64,000 bases of DNA from Candidatus Neptunichlamydia sp. (lineage in GTDB: Bacteria; Chlamydiota; Chlamydiia; Chlamydiales; Simkaniaceae). A program made the translations under genes and the position numbers. This document shows, piece by piece, positions 21,064-31,062 of this stretch (positions within the stretch are counted from its first letter, which is position 1; each line of letters starts with the position of its first letter). A model generated the notes under the pieces. That model worked only from the letters and a program-made list of their open reading frames with translations. It ran no database searches and was not told the DNA's origin. Location: assembly GCA_965233865.1 (NCBI GenBank), contig OZ247587.1, positions 576,001 through 640,000 of the forward strand, read 5' to 3'.

Positions 21064-22305
21064 ATGGGATCAAAAAATAGGCTAAGAATAGGAAACTATA
21101 CACTTTTTTGTTCAAAGAATAATCTTATTAACTGTAAATTTTTGTTTTTTAGAGAAAATAAGAAAAATCATCTTTATCAAGATCCAAGTAATTTCAAAAA
21201 AGACAATCCTAAACCTGCATATATCGTACCAATATCAAAAATCAAGGAAAGATTAGATCTTCATGGATTCACATTAGAAGAATCTGAAAGTTTTGTTAGA
21301 ATGGTTAGCGAAAATAAATTAAATTTTAATTCTTTTCTTAAAATGCTTTCGTTTATTGACTTTAATCAAAAAAGCTCTGAATTTTTAAATGCCGAAATGA
21401 TTAAAGGCGACTTAAAAGAGATTAAAAGTTTAGAGTTACTTGGCTATGATATGCAATCCTTATATAGCATAAGATTATTCCTTAATAAAAATAAAAAAGC
21501 TATCGACTTATTGAAAAGCTGTAACATTGAAACGAAATTTTTATTTCAGTTAGACGAAATGGACCCATATCTGATACTTAGATGCCTTGCAGAGATAGAT
21601 ATTTTTTCAGAAAACCAACTTGTTTGGGAATATTTTGATCTAGTTGAAGGAGGGTGGATTGATGACCTCGATATTAATCTTAAAGATAGTATAACTTACT
21701 TGATATTAACTGAAGGAAAAACAGATAAAAAAATTATATCAGGAGTTTTTAATAAATTTAAGCTAGAATTGAGTGATTTGTTTTCATTTACAGATGATGA
21801 TTTTCCTTTCGGTGGAACTGAAGATATGGTTAAGCTCTGTAAGCTATTAAAAAATTTGGAAGGTATTGGCCCTGTTATTGTGTTGTTAGATAATGATGGT
21901 GCTGGGAATAAGTCATTAAAGAAATGTGATAAGGTAGAAATCCCTAATAATATTCGTGTAATTTCTCTACCTGAACTAAAAGATTTCAATAGTTTTCGAA
22001 CAACTCAATCAAAGAAAATCTCTAATTCTACCCAGATTACAAAAAAGAACATTAATGGAATCGGTGCATCTATAGAATTGTATTTAGATTTTAAATCGAT
22101 TGAAGAAGATCCAATGATCATATTGGATTCTCCAACACATGGAAAATTGGATAAGAAAATAAAAAATAAATTACAACGTGCTTTTCATGAAGAAATGGAA
22201 AAAAATAGTCAAACTTACAACTACTCGAAACTTCGAATTTTAATCGAATATATCATCTCTAACTGTAAAGACATGGGTAAGTGTGATCTTCCCCCAAAAA
22301 AGTAG
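21064..22305 (+). CDS. HEPN/Toprim-associated N-terminal domain plus TOPRIM-domain protein (putative defence nuclease)
   Basis: N-terminal MGS...L.IG.Y.LF.SKN; TOPRIM motifs ILTEGKTD, FGG and LLDNDGAG; ASIELYL; very AT-rich. The stop codon lies inside an IS3 end. Confidence 0.7.
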   Translation: MGSKNRLRIGNYTLFCSKNNLINCKFLFFRENKKNHLYQDPSNFKKDNPKPAYIVPISKIKERLDLHGFTLEESESFVRMVSENKLNFNSFLKMLSFIDFNQKSSEFLNAEMIKGDLKEIKSLELLGYDMQSLYSIRLFLNKNKKAIDLLKSCNIETKFLFQLDEMDPYLILRCLAEIDIFSENQLVWEYFDLVEGGWIDDLDINLKDSITYLILTEGKTDKKIISGVFNKFKLELSDLFSFTDDDFPFGGTEDMVKLCKLLKNLEGIGPVIVLLDNDGAGNKSLKKCDKVEIPNNIRVISLPELKDFNSFRTTQSKKISNSTQITKKNINGIGASIELYLDFKSIEEDPMIILDSPTHGKLDKKIKNKLQRAFHEEMEKNSQTYNYSKLRILIEYIISNCKDMGKCDLPPKK

Positions 22306-22560
22306 ACAGTTATGATGTAGACTCTTCAAAATATTGAGGAGAAAATAACATGAAAAAATTTGACGCTGATTTTAAGAAGAATGCAGTCAAGCTGGTGATT
22401 GAAGAAAAATTACCGATTAAGCAGGTATCTCAAGACTTAGGGATCGGTCATTCAACATTAAATATGTGGTTGTCTGATTACAGAAAAGGAAAATTTTTTA
22501 AGAGTGAGAAAGAGAAATTTTAAAAAAGGCCATGGGCATCTTCTCCTCAATGTCAAAAGC
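22284..22560 (+). mobile_element. IS3-family 5' remnant with truncated orfA (22350-22523)
   Basis: IRL TGATCTTCCCCC...GACAGTTATGAT; MKKFDADFKKNAVKLV...QVSQDLGIGHSTLNMW (HTH_Tnp_1-like). Confidence 0.8.
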
Positions 22561-22793
22561 AAGCACAGAGTTATGAGCACGGCTTTTGCATGAAAATAAT
22601 TTCTTTACAGAAAGGGCTGTAGCGGCAGATTTTTACCATAGATTTTGTAACAAAACCCATACCTGAAAACATTTTTCAATACTGCGAAGATCCTAATCAT
22701 CATTTCTGAGTGAATTTTAAGGAAAAGTGCCGATTTTAGGCATAGTTATTCCAAATGATTCAAGTGTTCTGGGTAATAATGGTGTTTGGAGTA

Positions 22794-22879
22794 CAACTCA
22801 TTGCTAGTTTATTTTGCCCCTAATTTGTATGAAACGCTTTATTTGATTGCAGATGGATTGTAACCTTATCGCCGTATAG
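22794..22879 (+). repeat. 86-bp inverted copy of the IS5 left end (23935-24020)
   Basis: Reverse-complement match with one mismatch. Confidence 0.9.
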
Positions 22880-24020
22880 CAACTCATTGCTAGTTTTCCC
22901 AGAAAATCAGATGGAAGATTTATGCAGCTAAGTCGAAAATTCACATTGGAGCCGAAAAAATGCTCTACTTCCTCTGCATGGCACGAAAACAGCCATTTTT
23001 GGACATGCGAGTGCATTGTCAAAACAAACTGGTCTCGATGAAAGTAGGTTCATTTTGGGCCTAGACACTACAAAAGTGGCGTAAGTTAATGAGTGCAAAA
23101 GCGATATACTTCATCCCATAATGATGCGAGCTAATTCTCTCGAATCGTATAAGAAGCCGTTTAAACTTGTCCTCCCATGCGAAAATCCTCTCTATGGTAC
23201 GGAAGCGTTCTTTAAAAACTTCGAAGTCAAACATGGGCTTGCGACTACTCTTGCTCTTTTTTCTATTTCGTTTGTTTGGATTGATGTTAGGTTTCATTCT
23301 CGCATTGAAGATTTTCTTACCGTTTTTACGGCAATCATAGACCCCATCGAGGCTCATGGTGGATCCTTTAATGTTGAACCCCACAGCCTTTGCAATACTC
23401 TTCAATGGGCCCATTGCTTCGCGTATGAGGGGAGACTCATTCTTGTTGCCTGGCGCAAAGATCATAGGTGCTATAACATTGCAGTTACGATCACATAGGG
23501 CGACAACCTTATCACCTTTCATATGCTTGTGACCGTTGAAACCTATATTATCGCCCCTTTTTTAGCCGTTGTCGTGCTACCATCTCCGTGAATCACATCG
23601 GTATTCAATATTTTTTTTGAAAAAAACTGCTGAACGGAACCCACAAATATCTTTTCGAAACAGCCATCCCTATGCCACCGTTGAAAGGTGCGGAATATGC
23701 GAGTGTGGTGGATTTCCGGCTTGCCAGATGCATCTTTTTTAATGGGAATTTCTTCCCGTTGGCACCCGGTATGCATCAACTTCAAAATGTAGTTGAAGAG
23801 ACGGTAAAATGACACCTTTGTCTTAGGTCCTCTTGATCCTTCAGTGAGATGGGGCAAGACAAATTGATTAAATTCCTCTACTGACAAATAGATCGGAATG
23901 CTTTGGTATTTTTTGCTTCTACTCATTTTTACTCCTATACGGAGATAAGGTTACAATCCATCTGCAATCAAATAAAGCGTTTCATACAAATTAGGGGCAA
24001 AATAAACTAGCAATGAGTTG
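22880..24020 (-). mobile_element. IS5-family element with two ORFs (23543-23926 and 23061-23522) joined by a -1 frameshift
   Basis: IR CAACTCATTGCTAGTTT at both ends; YILKLMHTGCQ, HGDGSTTTAKKG, A6G4 run, LDGVYD, RTIERIFAWEDKFKRLLIRFER. Confidence 0.88.
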
Positions 24021-24148
24021 CATGCAAATCAGAGGGGCTCCATTCGGTATTTTTAGCCCATCAAGATACGTGAAATTCGATATAAGATCATAAAGATCAG
24101 TAAGAAGAGCTAAGGAAGATTTATAAATCATGCACTTGATTCAGGCGA

Positions 24149-24517
24149 TTAATATTGAACTTCTTGCTGATTTAGAATCTCCTTTTTGCGGACTTCTAAC
24201 TTGTCGATCTCCTCTTGATACCGTGCAGCAATTTCCCGACTCGTATCAGCTTCATTCCAGTAGCGACGTGCATCGAGTAGGTTGTGAGACTGAAACTGGA
24301 GGCGATCTCCTTGGTTTTGTGACCAAGCAGCATTGGAAAGTTCTTTGTTTCTAAGATCAGTTAGCTTAATGACTGCCTGATCGATGGTTTCCACTTCTTG
24401 CTTCCAATTTTCCGACGACTGTTCTTTCACAAGAGCTAGTACTTCTTTATCTAACTGAGGAAGAGTTCCATATGCCATTCCAAACACCGAAAACCCCAAT
24501 ACAATCCAGAATTTCAT
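24149..24517 (-). CDS. Secreted coiled-coil hypothetical protein
   Basis: Signal peptide MKFWIVLGFSVFGMAYG; helical heptads. Confidence 0.65.
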   Translation of the reverse strand: MKFWIVLGFSVFGMAYGTLPQLDKEVLALVKEQSSENWKQEVETIDQAVIKLTDLRNKELSNAAWSQNQGDRLQFQSHNLLDARRYWNEADTSREIAARYQEEIDKLEVRKKEILNQQEVQY

Positions 24518-24753
24518 CCCATCTCCATGTACGATTCTTCCCTTCCACATTTACCCGATCCTCTAATTGAAGAAAAGACCTAGTGATTATACCTACTAAT
24601 ATGAACCTATCCCTATAACCTGAGTTTTGAGCTTATTTTCAGAAAGGGATGTAACGTAAGAAGTAATCAAGCTCATCCAACGAAAGTATAAAATCTTTCA
24701 TACAACCACTCAAATAGATCGCTAGTATTGCCCAGATCAGCTATAATGACTGC

Positions 24754-25743
24754 ATGAAACATGTTCTTTTTTGTTTTATTTTTACGGTTCACTCCCTCTT
24801 TGCTTTTAGCTTAAAAGACCGGTTCTTAGAAGCTGAAGAAGGAACCTATATTGTCACGGAACAAAACCAACTAATCTCCCTTTTGCACCTTCATACAAAA
24901 GGGGAAAAACGCTTCTTATTTGAGGAAATTAGTATTCCCCAACACCAAGTCAAAAAAATGAAATGGGATGAATGGGTGAGTAGAGGAGCTCCTGGACATA
25001 CTTCATGGATCCTATATGAAATCGATCTCGAAAAGAAATCTGTTACCGAATGTTACTCAAGGACTCGCAGAGCCTGGGTTCCAACCGATGAAATGGCGGC
25101 TTTCTTAATCCCCCTAATGTCTTTGAATCTTAATTATCTTTCTGAAGAAGAGAGGATGCAAACAGGCCCCACTTCCAAACCTGGAACAATCCAAAATCGT
25201 CCTTGGGGACCCCCTCAGGTCCTTGAAGGAAAGAAAATTAAAGAGGCTGAATATGACGTTTATACCGCTAAATGGCCCATAGATCACGCAGACCTTTCTG
25301 GAAAATCAATAATCCTCTACTTCGATAAAGAGCGTAAAGATTTCCCTTTTCCCTACTGGCTACAGGTTAGAGATGGGGTGATAAAGTTTAAAATCCGTGC
25401 TCTTGATTCAGGAAGAGGGATGGTTTCTCCTGCGCGCGATATCCCCCGTCGCAGACCAGCCTTTACTTCAAGCGTCCACAAAGAAGACGGGAAAATGCAG
25501 CTATCGCTCAACTGTCCAACATACTTTGATTCTTTAAATCTTTATGCAATCGATATGACCGAAAGCCCCCGTCTCACCCACGTGATCCCATGCGATGAGA
25601 AAAGAAATGGAGAGTCTCTCACCCTCTTAATTGACCAAAATAAAACTGATGCTCTTTTCACTTCTGGCCACGAATACTTATGGATTGTTTCTTCAGAAAC
25701 TCCTGAAATGGCGATTGAATCGCCGCATTCCTATACTCAATAG
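24754..25743 (+). CDS. Conserved chlamydial exported hypothetical protein (CT021-like by position)
   Basis: 329-aa ORF with signal peptide, GAPGHTSW and FPYW; near lepB and ileS. Confidence 0.7.
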   Translation: MKHVLFCFIFTVHSLFAFSLKDRFLEAEEGTYIVTEQNQLISLLHLHTKGEKRFLFEEISIPQHQVKKMKWDEWVSRGAPGHTSWILYEIDLEKKSVTECYSRTRRAWVPTDEMAAFLIPLMSLNLNYLSEEERMQTGPTSKPGTIQNRPWGPPQVLEGKKIKEAEYDVYTAKWPIDHADLSGKSIILYFDKERKDFPFPYWLQVRDGVIKFKIRALDSGRGMVSPARDIPRRRPAFTSSVHKEDGKMQLSLNCPTYFDSLNLYAIDMTESPRLTHVIPCDEKRNGESLTLLIDQNKTDALFTSGHEYLWIVSSETPEMAIESPHSYTQ

Positions 25744-25809
25744 AGCTGAAGCTCTATCGGTAACGTCGAAAGTCCCTTCCTTATTTCAAAGAATAACGAT
25801 ATATCCTTT

Positions 25810-26142
25810 TCACAAAGACTTAATTGCGTTGATTTCAGATGCAACAAACGCAATCTGCTCAAAGTAATCCATAGCGCTTTGTTCGGAATCTTTACGAGAA
25901 ATATCTCTATCTAGATCCATTACGTGCTTGTGTACAAGACGCATTGCCTCACTGATTAAAGCATCTAAACGATCATGCACATAGGGTGAAACTTCTTGAA
26001 TATCCTTCATGATAATTTCGACAGTATCTCTCCAATTATACAGATCAATCATAATAGGGGGCTCTTTCAGTTGCTCTCCAAGTTGAAAAAGGAGCAACTG
26101 AAGTTTTTCTTTGGAAGAATCATCTTCCGGAATTTTAGTCAT
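25810..26142 (-). CDS. Hypothetical helical protein
   Basis: ORF with a GAGG RBS before MTKIPED. Confidence 0.65.
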   Translation of the reverse strand: MTKIPEDDSSKEKLQLLLFQLGEQLKEPPIMIDLYNWRDTVEIIMKDIQEVSPYVHDRLDALISEAMRLVHKHVMDLDRDISRKDSEQSAMDYFEQIAFVASEINAIKSL

Positions 26143-26427
26143 TCTAGTACCTCTATTATTGGTAAGTACTATAATCAATATAATTATTGCACTATGAACC
26201 TATCTCTAGAGTCAATTTTTATGAACATAAAATAAGATTCAAAAATAATAAAATGAGCTTGAAAAAATGCATCCAACACACCTCTATAGAAAGTTTGTTA
26301 ATAATTAATAAAGAACATGTTATGAAACTTCAATAATTTCTTTATAAAAATTTTACTTTACATCAATCGAGAAAATGCGATTCTCCTGCAGAAACAGTTA
26401 TGAACAAGTTTTCCACATGAACCCTGC

Positions 26428-26446
26428 CACGTGAGAGTCTCACGTG
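26428..26446. promoter_or_regulatory. Perfect palindrome upstream of lepB
   Basis: CACGTGAGA-G-TCTCACGTG, ending about 35 bp before the ATG. Confidence 0.35.
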
Positions 26447-26480
26447 TACATTTATGTTTTGATGCGTTAGAATCTGCTCT

Positions 26481-28331
26481 ATGAAAATATACCGATTAAA
26501 AAAATCTCTCCATATCTTCCGTCACATCTTAAAACTCTATCGAAGAAAACAGAAAATCCTATCAGAAAGTCAACGGACGGAAGTTGTCCACACCTTGAGT
26601 AATCTCCAGGAACAAATTCTTGAGAAAAACCGCGCGCAAGCTTCAAAAATAGCCCATAAGGCAGAAAAGTTTACGACCCTTCATCTCAAAAAAAGCCCGC
26701 TGGAGCGCGTGCGAGATTTTATTGTTGGACTAGGGCTAGCTCTTTTGGTTGCAGTCCTCATTCGAACTATGTGGTTTGAACTATATGAGATACCGACTGG
26801 ATCGATGCGACCGACGCTTGCAGAAAGAGATCGCCTTGTTGTCTCGAAAACCACATATGGCATTAACATTCCATTGAGACAAGGACATTTCCTTTTTGAT
26901 CCTAACTTGGCACTCAGGAATGGAACAGTCGTCTTCACTGGTGCAGGAATGGATATCCATGACGTAGATACCTTTTACTTCTACCTCTTTCCTGGAAAAA
27001 AGCAGTTTGTAAAACGTCTCATTGGAAAACCTGGAGATATTCTTTATTTTTATGGAGGTGAAATCTACGGAATCGACAAAAATGGAAATGATATTTCAAA
27101 AGACTTAAATCCTGAATTCTTAAGCAAAATTGATCATGTCCCCTATATTTATTTGAATGGGAAAATGATGCTCCCTGAGAAAGCAAAGGGTGGTATCTAT
27201 GCCCCAGTTACTCTAAAGCAAATGAATAAAGCAGTTGCACAACTCTCATTAGAATCTACCAATAAAATTATTGGGGAAATGCTTCCTCCTTTCAAGGGAG
27301 CCGTAGAAGATTACTATGAGCTTTGGGGCTTTAGCGATTATGGTGTTTCCCGCCTGTTAACCGATCGCGAGGTCGAGAAATATGCAAGTACCCCCTTGAA
27401 TCAATTAGAAAAAGCCCCTCTCTATATGGAAGTCATCCACCATCCGACAGTGAAACACCCTAAAATAGAGAAGAACCCCATGGGACGATTGGTCCCTAGC
27501 TTAGGAACAACATCCTCTGTGATTCCTCTGTCGCAGGACCATTTAGACACTTTGATGAGCAACCTCTACACCGCTCGATTTATCGTAAAAAATGGTCATG
27601 CTTACCGATATGGGTCAAAGCTAAGCCAAGCAAGTCCCAAACTTTCGGGCATTCCAAATGGAACCTACGAGTTTTACTACGGAAAAGGATATCAAGTGCG
27701 CTTTGGAGGGATTACAACCGAACTTCCAAAGGATCATCCTCTCTATCAATTTACACCAGAACGGATGCAACTTCTTTATAATTTAGGAATTGAGTGGATG
27801 ACGTTCTATGCTCCTTATGCAAAGGATCAGTATCTTCTCCCTTCTCGCTATGTTTATTACCGGGATGGAGACCTCTTTGCAATGGGCGCCTCTATGATTA
27901 AAAAGGATGATCCCACCCTTTTAAAGTTCATTCAACAAGAATACCTCCGTCAAGAGGCGGCCCCCAATTATCGCCCTCACATCCCTTTTGATGATCCTGG
28001 TCCTCCCCTTACAAGTGAAGGGAAAATCGATACAGTTCTCCTCCAGCAAAAAGGGATTGAGATCCCAGTCAATCGATATATGGTGCTAGGAGATAACTAC
28101 GCAATGAGTGCAGACAGCCGCGATTTCGGGTTTCTTCCTGAAGAAAATATTCGAGGAGCCCCTGATTATATTTTCTGGCCTCCAGGCCCTCGCCTTGGAG
28201 CCGTTCTACAAGCAAACCATCCTTTCTTTAATTCTCCTCGTTTTGTCGTTTGGATCCTTGCTTTTGTTGGCTTTGGCACCTACTATGTTGTTTATCATAA
28301 GCGGAATAAACTCCCTCAAAAAATCAAATGA
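26481..28331 (+). CDS. lepB: Signal peptidase I (long chlamydial type)
   Basis: IPTGSMRPTL, FVKRLIGKPGD, GDNYAMSADSRDFG. Confidence 0.95.
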   Translation: MKIYRLKKSLHIFRHILKLYRRKQKILSESQRTEVVHTLSNLQEQILEKNRAQASKIAHKAEKFTTLHLKKSPLERVRDFIVGLGLALLVAVLIRTMWFELYEIPTGSMRPTLAERDRLVVSKTTYGINIPLRQGHFLFDPNLALRNGTVVFTGAGMDIHDVDTFYFYLFPGKKQFVKRLIGKPGDILYFYGGEIYGIDKNGNDISKDLNPEFLSKIDHVPYIYLNGKMMLPEKAKGGIYAPVTLKQMNKAVAQLSLESTNKIIGEMLPPFKGAVEDYYELWGFSDYGVSRLLTDREVEKYASTPLNQLEKAPLYMEVIHHPTVKHPKIEKNPMGRLVPSLGTTSSVIPLSQDHLDTLMSNLYTARFIVKNGHAYRYGSKLSQASPKLSGIPNGTYEFYYGKGYQVRFGGITTELPKDHPLYQFTPERMQLLYNLGIEWMTFYAPYAKDQYLLPSRYVYYRDGDLFAMGASMIKKDDPTLLKFIQQEYLRQEAAPNYRPHIPFDDPGPPLTSEGKIDTVLLQQKGIEIPVNRYMVLGDNYAMSADSRDFGFLPEENIRGAPDYIFWPPGPRLGAVLQANHPFFNSPRFVVWILAFVGFGTYYVVYHKRNKLPQKIK

Positions 28332-29590
28332 GCACCCCAGAAAAACCCCTTAAGTCGCGCAGTTTTTCGACACGCTTTGCTTTTATCTGGATGCAAATTG
28401 CGACTGAGCCTTTCATCGCTTTTTATACCCTTCTTTTATTTATATTGCGGAAAGATCTACACGCCACCGCTCTCCAGATCTCAGTTTTAGCGACCCTTCG
28501 TCCCGTCCTCTCAGTTTTATCCTTTTACTGGAGTGCAAATCTACTGAGAGAAAGAAGTAAACTTCTCTCTAATTTTATGGGAGCATGGGTTCTCTCTTTT
28601 ATCCCCTTCCTCTGCCTACCTTTTATTAGCAATGTCTGGTTCGTCATCTTGTGTGCTGGAGTCTATCAGTTATTTTCAAGAGCCTGCATCCCTTCAAAAA
28701 TGGAAATTCTCAAGCTTAACCTTGAGAAGGAGCCTCGTGAAAAACTCTTCTCCCGCCTGTATGTTCTCGGGTTTATAGAAAGTATTTGCTTAGGTCTCTT
28801 TGTAGGGAAATTTCTTGATGTCTACAAAGGATCCTGGCAGATCCTATTTGCCCTTGCAGCAATCCTCTCCTTGACCAGCACTTTCATTCAAATGCGTATC
28901 CCCCTTCCTCAAAACCTAAAGCAAGACGGCAACATCCTACCAATCTCCTCAAATCGTCTCTTACAACCGATAAAAGATTCGATCCATTTGATGCGTTCTC
29001 GCCCCGATTTTGCTAATTTCCAGTGGGGATTTATGCTGGGAGGATTTGCGCTAATGTTTATGACTCCTGCTATCCACATCTATTATGCTGACACCCTCAA
29101 CCTTACCCATGATAATTTGGCAATTGCCCGTTATATTTGGATGGGAATTGGAGTCGTTTCCACATCATTTTTATGGAGGCAAGGAATTAGCCGTATCTCT
29201 TTAAATCGCCTCACGGCATTTATAATTCTTGGATTTAGTCTCTTCCCATTTACCCTCCTTTTTGCCACGTCCAATATCTTCTGGGTGAACATTGCCTTTC
29301 TATTCTATGGAATAGCCCAAGCTGGAAGTAACCTTATCTGGCATCTTTCTGGAACCCTCTTTGCTGCCGATGAGGATAGCTCAAAATTTTCGAGCGTGAA
29401 TATTCTTATGGTCGGGCTCCGCGGCCTCATTGCCCCCGTTCTAGGCGGCATCTGCTGCAGTTTTTTTTCCCCTTTGACGATTCTCGGAATCGGAATTGTT
29501 ATTGGTTTAACGGGAGTTTTGTACATGCTACGCCCGGCTCCAAAAGTTCTACCTTCCCAGCACCTCCATCAAGTGCGTAGCGACAATTAA
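28328..29590 (+). CDS. MFS transporter
   Basis: About 12 hydrophobic segments in 420 aa; overlaps the lepB stop. Confidence 0.8.
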   Translation: MSTPEKPLKSRSFSTRFAFIWMQIATEPFIAFYTLLLFILRKDLHATALQISVLATLRPVLSVLSFYWSANLLRERSKLLSNFMGAWVLSFIPFLCLPFISNVWFVILCAGVYQLFSRACIPSKMEILKLNLEKEPREKLFSRLYVLGFIESICLGLFVGKFLDVYKGSWQILFALAAILSLTSTFIQMRIPLPQNLKQDGNILPISSNRLLQPIKDSIHLMRSRPDFANFQWGFMLGGFALMFMTPAIHIYYADTLNLTHDNLAIARYIWMGIGVVSTSFLWRQGISRISLNRLTAFIILGFSLFPFTLLFATSNIFWVNIAFLFYGIAQAGSNLIWHLSGTLFAADEDSSKFSSVNILMVGLRGLIAPVLGGICCSFFSPLTILGIGIVIGLTGVLYMLRPAPKVLPSQHLHQVRSDN

Positions 29591-30346
29591 GAGGCAAGGT
29601 CACCTGAGACTCAATGTGACTTGATGGAAATCCTGAGATTACTGGGTAAGGAGCATCAGAAAAATAGTCTCTACAAATCTTTTCAATTGTCCATCCATCT
29701 TCCATATCAGGCTTGCAATCATCCCATGATGCTAAAATCAAACCCGCTAGATTATCTACCATTCTCGCTTGCCTTAATTGATTGAGCATCCGATCGACCC
29801 GATAAATTTTTTTTCCCATATCTTCAAGAATAAGAATTTTTCCTGCAGTATCAAGCTGCCACTGCGTTCCAATATGAGCAGTAATTAAAGAAAGATTTCC
29901 TCCCACGAGAATCCCTTCTCCCTTTCTTCCTACAATTGTTTCGCATGCTAGAGGGTTTTCATAAACACTGGTTCTTCCTTCACCTACAGTATCCCATATT
30001 CCCTGCTCTAAAAGCTCTGTCTCTTTCGTTGGGTCGAATGTCCACTTTGCGACAGGACCTAAAAATGTGGCAAGGCCCGCCTTCTGCATCAAAGCGATAT
30101 GAAGAGCTGTGATATCACTCATCCCAATAAAGATTTTAGGATGCTCCCGAATGTAATCATAATCTAAAAGATCTAAAATCCGCCCCGATCCATGCCCCCA
30201 CGAATACACCAGATTGCTTTAATTTCAGGGTCTTTTCAAACCTCCATTAAAGCTTGAGCTCTCTCTTTATCTGCCCCAGCTAGATATCCAAACCTCTTCT
30301 CAAAGTTAGAGGGTAGTTTAACTTGAAACCCGCGTCTTTTCAAAAC
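29499..30346 (-). pseudogene. LD-carboxypeptidase (S66/MccF) pseudogene
   Basis: GYLAGADKERA, an in-frame TGA, KAIWCIRGG then a frameshift, FIGMSDITALH, GGNLSL, ILILED, SH; 5' end cut by IS3. Confidence 0.88.
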
Positions 30347-30871
30347 TGATCTTCCCCCGTTTTTGTAGACACTCTTAACATAGACTATTCTCATGTTTTT
30401 CTTCAAATTTCACCGGGCTCAAATATCCCAATGTTGAATGTCTTCTCTTATTGTTATAGTAGCGTTCTATATAGTTAAATATTTCCTTTTCAGCAGCTCC
30501 TCTTCCTGAGACTGCCTGCTCTAAAGCTTGTATGATCAGTTCTTTTCTCATATGCTTTTTGATGGAATGTCCAACGATTTTCCTAGAGTAAAGATCCTAT
30601 TTTCTTTTTTCAGTCGCTTAATCTCTTCTTCCTCCCTTGTCTGCCTTAATCAATTTCTCAGTCGACTATGGTCATGCTTACTGAGCCATATTTTTAGCGT
30701 AGAAACACCTATACTCAGATCACTTGCTACCTCTTCTATCTTCAATCCCTCTTCTCTCACTAACTTGACCGCATTCCCTTTAAATTCATCATTGAATTTT
30801 CATTTACTTTTACTCCTCTTTAAGTTCGAGAAGTCTATATCATAACTGTCCTATTTTTCGGAGAAAGATCA
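30347..30871 (-). mobile_element. Internally deleted IS3-family element with both ends (about 525 bp)
   Basis: TGATCTTCCCCCG at the left and GGAGAAAGATCA at the right; decayed orfA (NAVKLV...EVASDLSIGVSTLKIW); flanks AAAC/GAAC. Confidence 0.8.
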
Positions 30872-31062
30872 GAACTCTCAAGATCTTGGGTACAGACTAA
30901 ACGTAAAAAATGAAAGCAATCTTCAACAGAGTCTAACTCATTTTTGCAAAATGCCCCTGGAATGAAAATCAGGTTAAAGTTGTCCTTCTTGAAAGGAATC
31001 GAACTCAGCAAAATCATAGCAAAAGCAATTCACCGAAACTGCGACCAGAAGAAGCGACCATT

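Noticed and set aside
30835..31017. Short ORF as the missing N-terminus of the S66 peptidase
   Set aside because: It has no S66 N-terminal motif (such as IxxxAPSS), so it cannot be assigned.
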